The translations under genes were made by a program, and so were the position numbers. A DNA stretch of 64,000 nt from an uncultured Nitrospiraceae bacterium (GTDB lineage Bacteria; Nitrospirota; Nitrospiria; Nitrospirales; Nitrospiraceae). Each line of letters starts with the position of its first letter. Within the stretch, counting starts at the first letter, position 1. This document shows positions 55,587-64,000 of the stretch, in pieces. Under the pieces are notes generated by a model that was given only the letters and a program-made list of their open reading frames with translations, made no database searches and was not told the origin of the DNA. The stretch is from NCBI GenBank assembly GCA_963846575.1, contig CAWJWJ010000002.1:1888001-1952000 (forward strand), written 5' to 3'.

Positions 55587-56722
55587 CTCGCGAGACCTTC
55601 CCGCACCATCTGAGCGACATAATGTTGCTGATCCTCATTCAACTCGGGATAGATGGGAAGCGCCAGCAATTCGCGACAGGCCCGCTCAGCCTCAGGATAG
55701 TCTCCTTCCTTATGCCCCAGCGCCTGAAGGCACTCCTGCCGATGGAGCGGGACCGGATAGTAGATTTCTGTCCCGATCCCTTTTGACTTGAGATAGTCAC
55801 GCAACGCGTCCCGTTTGGCGACTCCGATCACAAACTGATTATAGATATGGTAATGCCGGACGCCGTTCGCCTTATACACGGCCTTTGGCAAACGCACACC
55901 GAACTCCGCTTCGACGTTGAGGGAACGGAACAGCGATTCATAGAGGTCGGCATGGTGCTGCCGGAGAGCCGTCCAGCGATCCAAGTAGGGCAACTTGACG
56001 GTTAACACCGCTGCCTGAAGCGTATCGAGCCGGAAATTCCCTCCGACGATGCGATGGTAGTACTTCGGCTTTCCTCCCTGCACACGGAGGACGCGGAGCC
56101 GTTCGGCCCATTTCTCCTCGTTGGTCACCACCATCCCGCCGTCGCCCAGTCCGCCGAGATTTTTACTGGGGAAAAACGAGAAGCATCCCATAGTCCCCAT
56201 GCTGCCCGCTCTCCGTCCGTCGGCATATTCCGATCCGATCGCCTGGGCCGCATCCTCGACCACAGCGAGATTGTGAGCCGCGGCCACCTGAAGAATCGGC
56301 GCCATGTCGGCACACTGGCCGTATAGATGCACGGGAATGATGGCGCGTGTACGAGGCGTGACGGCCGAGGCAATGTGTGAGACATCAAGATTGTACGTAA
56401 TGGGATCGATATCGACGAACACCGGGATGGCCCCCAGACGGACGATCGCGCCGGCCGTGGCAAAAAATGACAAGGGAGTGGTGATGACCTCGTCTCCGGG
56501 CTTGAGGTCCACCGCCATGAGAGCCGCGAGTAAGGCATCGGTTCCCGAAGACACACCGACGGCGTATCGTGTGCCGGAATACGATGCCACACGCTCTTCA
56601 AGCTCGCTGACTTCACCGCCTAAAATAAAATTGTTCTGGTCCAGCACCCGCTCCATGGCGGCCAGCAGGTCTTTCTTGATCGGTTCATGTTGGGCCTTTA
56701 AATCAAGCAGGGGCACGTTCAT
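55583..56722 (-). CDS. DegT-family aminotransferase (WbpE-like)
   Basis: VPLLDLKAQ, SSGTDAL, EDAAQAIG, FSFFPSKNLGGLGDGG and NFRLDTLQA. Confidence 0.93.
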   Translation of the reverse strand: MNVPLLDLKAQHEPIKKDLLAAMERVLDQNNFILGGEVSELEERVASYSGTRYAVGVSSGTDALLAALMAVDLKPGDEVITTPLSFFATAGAIVRLGAIPVFVDIDPITYNLDVSHIASAVTPRTRAIIPVHLYGQCADMAPILQVAAAHNLAVVEDAAQAIGSEYADGRRAGSMGTMGCFSFFPSKNLGGLGDGGMVVTNEEKWAERLRVLRVQGGKPKYYHRIVGGNFRLDTLQAAVLTVKLPYLDRWTALRQHHADLYESLFRSLNVEAEFGVRLPKAVYKANGVRHYHIYNQFVIGVAKRDALRDYLKSKGIGTEIYYPVPLHRQECLQALGHKEGDYPEAERACRELLALPIYPELNEDQQHYVAQMVREGLAR

Positions 56723-56822
56723 ACAGCAACTCCTTGGTGTGGCACGTTGTCTCGCCGGAACGTCGGGTGGAAGTCTGGATTGACCAGGGTGTACCAACAC
56801 ATGGCAACCGAAGATCGTCGGA

Positions 56823-57791
56823 TCACATGGCCATACTGAGCAGAGGAACTGTCGTTCTCTGCGCGACGGCCAATGCATGGTCGCGGACCGTCACCACTCG
56901 AAACGCCTGGCTCAGTCGTTGGACCAGGGCGTCGATCATCTCCAGCTTTTGCTCCAGGGGCAACTTCATGCCCGGGAAGAATTCGACCCCAGCTGACTCA
57001 TGTTCGCCTAAAAAATCCAAGGGATGAAGCAGCAGGGATGGCTCGACACCCGCGCGACGGCAGAGCGACAGCGCCGTGCGAAAATAGGCCTGCGCGAGAG
57101 CGGGAGAATAGAGACTCAAGTAGAGCACGTAACTGAAGTGAATCGGAACGCGCAGAAACGGCATGGTCGTCACCGGGATTTCAATGAGGCCCTGCCTCCC
57201 CACATTCCACCGGTAGGGTTGGATCCGTCTGAATCCATCGCGCAAGCCTCCGAAGATCGTACTCCGGCAGTCTGCTTCTTCCCGGGTGAACGCGCTGGAC
57301 ATGAAGAAATAGGCGCGGGCCAGCGGACCGATGAAGGTCGGCAACGTCGATGCATCATAGAGATATCCCCGTCGATCCAATTCCGTGACCGTGCCCTGAG
57401 ACAGACTATAACCCGGGCCGCGAAACCCGACGGGTCGTTGGCCGGTGGCCCGCTCGATGTGCTCCTCCGCCATCGTCAACTCACGGACCATTTCGTCTTT
57501 GCCATAGCGGTGCAGCCAGGGATCGTGATGGAAGGAGTGGTTACCAATCTCATGTCCCGCATCGGCGATGGAACCGATGGCTTCCCGATTTCTGGCCAGT
57601 GCGGCATCCTGCCCGACGAGAAAGATTGTGGCTTTGAGACCATGCCGATTGAGGCAGGACAGAAGTCGAGGCACGACCACGTCGAGGTACGACGGCAGCG
57701 TCCTCCACCCCGGGTTGCCGTGGGTTTTCATGTAGGCCCACTTGTCGTCCAGGTCGCATGACAGACTCGCGATCGGCTTCTCCATCTCCAC
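56823..57791 (-). CDS. Polysaccharide deacetylase (CE4)
   Basis: SLSCDLD, ATIFLVG, HEIGNHSFHH, GFRGPG, YDAS and LHPLDF. Confidence 0.9.
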   Translation of the reverse strand: MEMEKPIASLSCDLDDKWAYMKTHGNPGWRTLPSYLDVVVPRLLSCLNRHGLKATIFLVGQDAALARNREAIGSIADAGHEIGNHSFHHDPWLHRYGKDEMVRELTMAEEHIERATGQRPVGFRGPGYSLSQGTVTELDRRGYLYDASTLPTFIGPLARAYFFMSSAFTREEADCRSTIFGGLRDGFRRIQPYRWNVGRQGLIEIPVTTMPFLRVPIHFSYVLYLSLYSPALAQAYFRTALSLCRRAGVEPSLLLHPLDFLGEHESAGVEFFPGMKLPLEQKLEMIDALVQRLSQAFRVVTVRDHALAVAQRTTVPLLSMAM

Positions 57792-57866
57792 CTTTCTTCC
57801 TACGACGATTGTTCACACGCCCGACAGGGCACTTCACGGGGTTCCTGCGCGAGGTACCCGACTGAA

Positions 57867-58517
57867 TCAGCGAGGAGTCATTCTCAACCCGCGGTAGAAC
57901 GTGAACAGCCGACGGAGGACATGCGGCGTGGTAATCGCCTGCTGTACCAGAAACGTCTTCAAGAGTGTCGACACCAGGTAGTCTCGTCTTTTACCGTAAT
58001 GATCGCTCGCCCGATGGCCGGTTAACACATAGTGCCCGAAGTCAACGAAGGCAGAATTACCCGGCGTGACAAAGACGAGGCAGCCGTCGTGTTTCAAGAC
58101 TCGCCGTATCTCTGCTGCCGCTCGTTCAAAGGGATCCATGTACTCCAAACAGCTCACGGCTACCACACAGTCGAACATGCCGCTCTCATAGGGGAGATGT
58201 AAGGCGCTGCCTGAGAACAGTTGTGCCTGAACCTGATGATCTTTCAGCGAGCGTGCGACTTCCGCCGCCTTGGTATGCTTGTCGATCGCGTACAACTCGT
58301 CGCAGTGCCGGGCGAGTTCCGGCAGAAACACTCCGCTTCCATAACCGATTTCAAGCAATCGGTGAAACCGTCGCGGAGGGAGCAACGACAGTATCATCCG
58401 AAAGCGAAGCCTCTGAAACTTGCCGAGGAACGGGTGGTAATTCCACTCGGCCTTGTCCACATCGCTCGTAGCTACGAGCGCATCGTGAGGCAACAGTTTT
58501 GGGGCCGGACAGCTCAT
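57867..58517 (-). CDS. Class I SAM-dependent methyltransferase
   Basis: LLEIGYGSG, LPYESGMFD and RRVLKHDG. Confidence 0.88.
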   Translation of the reverse strand: MSCPAPKLLPHDALVATSDVDKAEWNYHPFLGKFQRLRFRMILSLLPPRRFHRLLEIGYGSGVFLPELARHCDELYAIDKHTKAAEVARSLKDHQVQAQLFSGSALHLPYESGMFDCVVAVSCLEYMDPFERAAAEIRRVLKHDGCLVFVTPGNSAFVDFGHYVLTGHRASDHYGKRRDYLVSTLLKTFLVQQAITTPHVLRRLFTFYRGLRMTPR

Positions 58518-58626
58518 GTTGCACTCCTTCGTCAAAACGCTTCGGATAGAACCCCACACGCGCAGGCAGAATGCACGGCCTGACCATGCTTAAGACGATG
58601 GTGACTCGCCGAGACCTTCTTGCGCC

Positions 58627-59985
58627 TCAGCGCAGCGTGGACTCCAGCACACCATCGGCAGCACGCACGGGTGAGAGCGTAAACGTCGTGCTGTGATCGT
58701 TCATGAAATCGTTGACTGCTCGAATGACTTCATTGTTATTCAGCGTGCAATTCACGAACTGGGAGGTATTGAGCACGAAAAAATCCTCGTGCTGCGTCGC
58801 GACGTACGGCACACGTTCCGAATAGCGCAGCACTTGAAGGGGCTGGACCTTCGTCGCCCTGTTGATATGCAGGCCGACAATATCTGCCGCATGAAGGTCG
58901 GGGAATATGCCCCCCGCTCCCTCGAAAAACTGTCGCCTGATCTCGTCGTCGGGGAGCTGTAATTGCGGGTCGGTTGAAAGTACGTACTTGGGGAAATAGG
59001 TCAGATAACAGCCCGCCGTTTCCGTGGTCGACACCACACAGTTCATCCCGATCACCCCGGTAAAGGGAACCGTGTAATCGGTGATGTTGAGCGTATAGTA
59101 CGGCACGATCTGCCGTCGGGTGACCAATACCGGGCAGATCACACCGAGGTATTCCACAGGACCGGCCGATGCCCCCACGTGCACCAGCCCCTGTCTGGCC
59201 AGAGGACTCCCCGCCTCAATCGGACTCGTCCAAATGACCTTGTCAAAGTGCTCCTGACCGCCGTTACACGTGATGACAATGCCTGCATCGGGTCCCGGCT
59301 CGACTGCCTTCACGGTCGTTTCGAGCCTGACTTCACCGCCCGCCGCATGAATCAAGTGTTCGAGGCGATTGATCACGGTCCGGTAACCTCCGGAGACATA
59401 TCCCAGTTGATTCCGTTGGGCAGTCCCGTCACGGGTGGAGAAGAGACGCTTAATGTACGACCAGATAAATACCGCCGACACCCTCGTGTAGTGTTCGCCC
59501 AATTTGGCCACGAGCAAGGGTTTCCAGAAGGCCTCATAGGTCTGGCGGCCGCACATGCGGGTCAACCACTCCTCCACGGAAATAGCCTCGAGTTCTTTCC
59601 AGTCCCGGATTCGATTACACTCCCATATCGTGCGAGCCAGTCTGAGTTTTCCCAGAACGCCCACTAAAGGAAAGCGCAACAATTCCAGCGCGGTGGTCAT
59701 CGAATACAAGCGTCCGTGCGCGTACAGCCCCGTACGAGCGGCACCCCAATGAAGACGATCTCCCAGCCCAATGACATCTAAATATCGAATGAGGTGAGTA
59801 TCGGAAGGAAGAATCACGTGATAGAAACGATCCCACCAGAAATGTTCGTAATCGTGATAGGTCGTCAATCCCCCTGCCTGACGCTCACGTTCCAAGACGG
59901 TCACATGGACACCTTTCGCAGACAGGCGCTCGGCCAACGACAGTCCCATGATCCCGCCACCGATGATTCCTACGCGCAACACCAC
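58627..59985 (-). CDS. NAD(P)/FAD-dependent oxidoreductase (amine oxidase/HemY-like, polysaccharide-locus associated)
   Basis: IIGGGIMG...LE...GGL, DRFYHVI and GYVSGG. Confidence 0.88.
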   Translation of the reverse strand: MVLRVGIIGGGIMGLSLAERLSAKGVHVTVLERERQAGGLTTYHDYEHFWWDRFYHVILPSDTHLIRYLDVIGLGDRLHWGAARTGLYAHGRLYSMTTALELLRFPLVGVLGKLRLARTIWECNRIRDWKELEAISVEEWLTRMCGRQTYEAFWKPLLVAKLGEHYTRVSAVFIWSYIKRLFSTRDGTAQRNQLGYVSGGYRTVINRLEHLIHAAGGEVRLETTVKAVEPGPDAGIVITCNGGQEHFDKVIWTSPIEAGSPLARQGLVHVGASAGPVEYLGVICPVLVTRRQIVPYYTLNITDYTVPFTGVIGMNCVVSTTETAGCYLTYFPKYVLSTDPQLQLPDDEIRRQFFEGAGGIFPDLHAADIVGLHINRATKVQPLQVLRYSERVPYVATQHEDFFVLNTSQFVNCTLNNNEVIRAVNDFMNDHSTTFTLSPVRAADGVLESTLR

Positions 59986-60012
59986 ACCCCTTTCATCCTC
60001 GACGCAACCGGC

Positions 60013-61062
60013 TCACCGTCGGGCAACTGTTTCCTGCAACTGAGGCGACTCGCTGGTCATAGAAACCGGACTCATCAGTGACCTCTGCCAACGAATTGTT
60101 TGCAGGAGCCCTTCTTCCAGCCCGACTGTCGCCGTGACGCCTAAGATCCGTTGAGATCGCTCGATATCGGGAACCCGTCGGCGAACGTCCTCATACTTCC
60201 CCCCGGTGAAGCTTTCATACGGCACGAAGCCACATTTGAGCGGCCACGGCGTGCCGGCCAGGCGGTGAATCGTACGGGCAAGCTCGAGAATCGTGATTTC
60301 CTGCGTGGTGCCGACATTCAAAATCTCACCGTTGGCCTCCGGCGTCACCATTGCGGCATAGATTCCGTCGATGGTGTCGGCCACATAGGTGAAGCTCCGG
60401 GTCTGCAGGCCGTCCCCATGTATAGAAATCTCCCGATCGTTCAGAATCGCGTCGATAAAGACCGCCTGCGGGCCTCCCCACCAGCTCACATGGTGTCGGG
60501 GACCGTACGACCCGAAAAATCTCAGGATGGAGATCGGAAGCCCATAGGCCTCCTGATACGCAAACCCTAAGTGTTCGGTGAACAGTTTGGACACGGCATA
60601 GCCCCAGCGTGCAACTTTGGAGGAGCCGAACACAGAGTCATCATCTTCGCCGAAGGGCAGCCTGGGGTTTCGTCCATAGACATCGGAGGTGGAGGCGAGG
60701 ACGGACTTGCATCCCACCTTCCGCGCAAACTCCAAGACATTTTCACAGCTCCGTGTATTGACCCGAAGGGTCGCCAATGCATTGCCATACCTGGGTATCT
60801 TGTGGGACGCCAGATGCACGATACAGTCTGCGTCTTCACCCAGATCATTGAATACGGAAGGATCGGTCGCATCGCGCTCCAGGAACCGAAAGGCAGGATT
60901 CCCAATGTTCGCCGCGATGTTACTCAATGACCCTTTAGAGAGGTCATCGATGCCGATGACCCGATGTCCGTTCGACAGCAGCCGATCGAGCAGATGCGAG
61001 CCGAGAAACCCCGCCACTCCTGTGACGAGAACGTATTTGGAGGATGCCAATGACAGCGACAT
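60013..61062 (-). CDS. NAD-dependent nucleotide-sugar epimerase/dehydratase/decarboxylase (extended SDR)
   Basis: TGVAGFLGSH, ASTSDVYG, YAVSK, RFFGSYGP and GDGLQTRSF. Confidence 0.93.
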   Translation of the reverse strand: MSLSLASSKYVLVTGVAGFLGSHLLDRLLSNGHRVIGIDDLSKGSLSNIAANIGNPAFRFLERDATDPSVFNDLGEDADCIVHLASHKIPRYGNALATLRVNTRSCENVLEFARKVGCKSVLASTSDVYGRNPRLPFGEDDDSVFGSSKVARWGYAVSKLFTEHLGFAYQEAYGLPISILRFFGSYGPRHHVSWWGGPQAVFIDAILNDREISIHGDGLQTRSFTYVADTIDGIYAAMVTPEANGEILNVGTTQEITILELARTIHRLAGTPWPLKCGFVPYESFTGGKYEDVRRRVPDIERSQRILGVTATVGLEEGLLQTIRWQRSLMSPVSMTSESPQLQETVARR

Positions 61063-61141
61063 AAGCAGCACGCTCTTTCTTGTTTGGCCCGGGTGAATGA
61101 TGCAGATCCGGACGCCCCAGCTGGCGGCGTCCGATCCCTGT

Positions 61142-62293
61142 CTAGTTCGGCTTCCCGCTCACGTGGTCTTCGGCCTCGCGACTATGCCTGTACACGGAAC
61201 TGGCCAGATGAAAGATTTCTTCAAAGTAGCGTTTGCTCTGCATGGACAGGAGACCAAGACTGATCAACTGAACACTCAGCATCGACGACAGTCCTCCGAT
61301 GATGAACGTGTGAGGATAGGCCTGATACGCATGAGCGACGGCATATGACGCGCGGGTAAGAATCCAGTCATGTTGAACAAATGTCTGATAGGCCTCGTAG
61401 AAATGGACCAGCATCCAGGCATCGGTGTACAGGGCAAGCGACAGGAGGAGAACACCGGGCAGCAGAAAGAACATGAACGGCCGAAAGATGAAGCCCGAAA
61501 AAATCGTCGACAGCACATGGGGCAGCATCTTCATACTGGAGAGCCGCACGCTCCCGGCCGCCCGTTGCATGTTCCAGTCGAGATGCGCGGGAATCTCCTC
61601 AATCTGAGCCCGTAAGAGCATGCCCTTGTAGATAATCTCGGGACTGATCTCCTGCCCGCGAGCCCTCAAGCTGACTGCCCTGATGAACGGTCCGTCATAG
61701 ACGCGCACCATGCCGGTCAGGGTCGACAGGTTGCACCGGGCGAACCCGGCCAAGAACCGGTTGGCCCACCTGCTCATCGTGCGTCGGATCCAGGGAACGT
61801 CGCTGACACGCCCACCCGTAGCGTAGGGAGAGGCCACCACGATGGTCGCCTGACTCCGTTGGATGCGATCGAGTAACCGTCCGACATGTTCCGGGGCATA
61901 ACTGAGGTCGCAGTCGAGCACGACGACGTACCTGCCCAGGCTGCACTCGAAGCCGGTGCGGAGTGCCTGCCCGAGCCCGCGATTCCGCGGGTGATGCACC
62001 ACTCGAATCTCCACTCGGTCGCGGGCGAAGGCGTCCGCAGCTTGGGCCGTCTGATCCGTGCTGCCATCATTGACGACGACGATTTCCCAACGATAGAGCG
62101 TTTCGAGAGATCGCATATACCGGCACACCTCCGCCAAGGTTGACGGCAACATGGCGGCTTCATTGAATGCCGGAATGATGACCGAAACGAGCGGGCGATC
62201 GGTGTTCTCGGGATCGGGAACGGGATCCGCGACGGCAGAAGGCCGCGAGTGGTCGATCGGCGTAACGGTGCCAGCGGAAATTCTCACGGACAT
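61142..62293 (-). CDS. Glycosyltransferase family 2 with C-terminal TM helices
   Basis: SVIIPAFNE, VNDGSTD, NRGLG and DCD (DxD). Confidence 0.92.
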   Translation of the reverse strand: MSVRISAGTVTPIDHSRPSAVADPVPDPENTDRPLVSVIIPAFNEAAMLPSTLAEVCRYMRSLETLYRWEIVVVNDGSTDQTAQAADAFARDRVEIRVVHHPRNRGLGQALRTGFECSLGRYVVVLDCDLSYAPEHVGRLLDRIQRSQATIVVASPYATGGRVSDVPWIRRTMSRWANRFLAGFARCNLSTLTGMVRVYDGPFIRAVSLRARGQEISPEIIYKGMLLRAQIEEIPAHLDWNMQRAAGSVRLSSMKMLPHVLSTIFSGFIFRPFMFFLLPGVLLLSLALYTDAWMLVHFYEAYQTFVQHDWILTRASYAVAHAYQAYPHTFIIGGLSSMLSVQLISLGLLSMQSKRYFEEIFHLASSVYRHSREAEDHVSGKPN

Positions 62294-62423
62294 GGCAGGC
62301 TCCGAATTTAGATGAATGACGGTTGCGAGAATGGACGATGGAGGCTGAGTCAGAGACTAAGACGGTCCGGCCGATTGGGGGAGCCGATTCAATGGGCTGA
62401 CAGTGATGGCCTACCGTCTGGGC

Positions 62424-63350
62424 TCATCGAGGTTTCCGGGCCAGGCAGACGATCTCGTACCGGCGGTCGGCAAGCGCGCTGAGTTTTTCAATCGCCCATA
62501 TTCCCCACTTGACGACAGGGCTGGGGAGCCGGGAATGTTCGAAGAATGCTTCCTGAGAATAACAGCGCACCGCTTGCATCCCGCTTTTTCTGACCATGCT
62601 TCTGAACCCGTTCCGGGAAAAGAAATAGGTATGGTAAGTGGGATGCAGCGCTAAAGCCGGATAACAGATCTTTCCCCGGGATAGCCGATACAGCAGCAGC
62701 CCTGCGCGCGCGAGCACACTATCTTCATCCGGGGTACAGAACAGCGCGACACCACCCGGCTTGAGTAAATGCCTGACCTTTTCCAGGCACCCGACGGGAT
62801 CCAGTACGTGCTCGATGATGTCCCACATGGTGATCACATCGTAGGATGCGGCCGGCAGCTGAACCGATTCGAACGAGGCATTGATCACTTCCGCCCGAAC
62901 GGCGCGTCTCGACACTTGAGTCAACTCCGGCGACAGTTCGACCCCGGACACGGTCCAGCCACGTTGTTGCGCCACACTCAGAAAGGCGCCGGAACCGCAG
63001 CCGATGTCCAGCAGCTGCCCGACCTCCACCAGGGATTCGATCGCGGAGAGCGCGTCGACATAATTGGCGTATCGACCTCCTGCGACCTGTTTGAACTCCG
63101 TGACATCGTACGAAAAATACGGATTCTGAGAATATGCATCACCGGTATACATCGCCGCGATGTCACCGGCGGAATACATATTGCTTCGCCAGGACCCCTC
63201 GCATTCCCGGCACTTGAGAACCGAAAACTCATCGAATCCGTACACTGACGCCAGATCGGCGCTTCCGCAGATCGGGCATTCCGTGCGGATTCGATCGCTC
63301 GCCTCGAAGGATGATTGCAGTAACGCAGTAGGCACCATGCCGCCACCCAT
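62424..63350 (-). CDS. Class I SAM-dependent methyltransferase with N-terminal Zn ribbon
   Basis: CPIC...CREC, LLDIGCGSG, WDIIEHV and LKPGG. Confidence 0.9.
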   Translation of the reverse strand: MGGGMVPTALLQSSFEASDRIRTECPICGSADLASVYGFDEFSVLKCRECEGSWRSNMYSAGDIAAMYTGDAYSQNPYFSYDVTEFKQVAGGRYANYVDALSAIESLVEVGQLLDIGCGSGAFLSVAQQRGWTVSGVELSPELTQVSRRAVRAEVINASFESVQLPAASYDVITMWDIIEHVLDPVGCLEKVRHLLKPGGVALFCTPDEDSVLARAGLLLYRLSRGKICYPALALHPTYHTYFFSRNGFRSMVRKSGMQAVRCYSQEAFFEHSRLPSPVVKWGIWAIEKLSALADRRYEIVCLARKPR

Positions 63351-63353
63351 AGC

Positions 63354-64000
63354 CTAACTTTCTGAGACCGAGGCCAATGCCGCCGGTTGCGTCTCGACGA
63401 CGGACTCTTCCGCCATCCGCGACACGCCGGACGAAGCCTTGCGGAATCGCGCTCCACAGGCGCATCGGGCTGTGTCCACCTGCCAGGACAGTTTCGCCCC
63501 GCATTCACACATCCACCCCGAAACCCTGGCAGGAGATCCCATGACACAGGCATAGTCCGGGACGTCCTTCGTGACCACAGCGCCTGCGCCAATGAAGGCA
63601 TAGCGTCCGATGGTGGTACCGCACACGATCGTGCAATTGGCCCCCAGCGTCGCTCCTCGCTTCACCAACGTGGGTTTCAGTTCCGCCATGCGAGGGATCT
63701 CGCTGCGCGGGTTGAACACGTTCGTAAACACCATCGAGGGGCCGCAGAACACATGGTCTTCGAGAGTGACGCCTTCATAGACTGAGACATTGTTCTGTAG
63801 CTTCACACCATTGCCGACGGTGGCGTTCGGGCCAATCACGACGTTTTGACCGATCTTGCAGGACCGACCGATTCTAGACCCCTTCAAAACATGCGAGACG
63901 TGCCAGATACTGGTCCCCTCCCCGATTTCCACGCCCTCGTCGATGAAAGCCGACCCATGAGCGAACCACGAGCGCTGTGGGGGCGCCGGAGTCGGGACAT
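63354..64000 (-). CDS. WbpD-like hexapeptide N-acetyltransferase; the frame is open past the right edge
   Basis: [23 protein letters not shown]...[10 protein letters not shown]...[16 protein letters not shown]...CECG. Upstream in-frame sequence [10 protein letters not shown] continues to 64000 without a start codon. Confidence 0.9.
   Translation of the reverse strand, partial: VPTPAPPQRSWFAHGSAFIDEGVEIGEGTSIWHVSHVLKGSRIGRSCKIGQNVVIGPNATVGNGVKLQNNVSVYEGVTLEDHVFCGPSMVFTNVFNPRSEIPRMAELKPTLVKRGATLGANCTIVCGTTIGRYAFIGAGAVVTKDVPDYACVMGSPARVSGWMCECGAKLSWQVDTARCACGARFRKASSGVSRMAEESVVETQPAALASVSES

Noticed and set aside
63971..64000. ATG at the extreme right end as the acetyltransferase start
   Set aside because: It is out of frame with the WbpD-like reading frame.
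1..64000. CRISPR arrays, tRNA/rRNA genes, prophage, integrase or defence systems
   Set aside because: On manual reading I found no regularly spaced repeats, cloverleaf or rRNA signatures, or matching protein motifs.

Overview
A GC-rich bacterial chromosome segment, most likely Nitrospira (inferred from gene repertoire and protein style, not from a marker gene). There are no rRNA, tRNA, CRISPR arrays or intact IS elements. Left to right: (1) an FAD-linked oxidase (partial) and a 2-hydroxyacid dehydrogenase, an SgmX-like TPR protein and a cold-shock gene; (2) an envelope block, lptF-lptG plus fabF-acp-lpxD; (3) a ~13 kb Pil-Chp/Tfp-type chemosensory operon (24352->11365) behind a sigma54 promoter with an IHF site, encoding a periplasmic heme-c protein, PilH-like CheY, CheW, MCP, a three-Hpt CheA, two more CheW-like proteins, a RomR-like receiver with a 31-aa-repeat coiled coil, and two paralogous His-less Hpt modules, one stand-alone and one fused to an HD-GYP domain; (4) a cobamide uptake/salvage/remodelling operon (btuFCD-btuB-cbiA-cobO-CWC-pduO-cobU-cobT-cobS-cbiB-cobD-cbiZ-cobQ) with two cobalamin riboswitches and a frameshifted cobS; (5) SemiSWEET, rpmB and a lipoprotein; (6) the distal part of a large exosortase/PEP-CTERM-associated polysaccharide locus, with a frameshifted Wzc, a PGT-dehydratase fusion, a minimal PVP-CTERM protein and an IS481-type HTH-only gene. 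The best candidate for an undescribed system is the chemosensory operon with its pseudo-Hpt/HD-GYP output pair.
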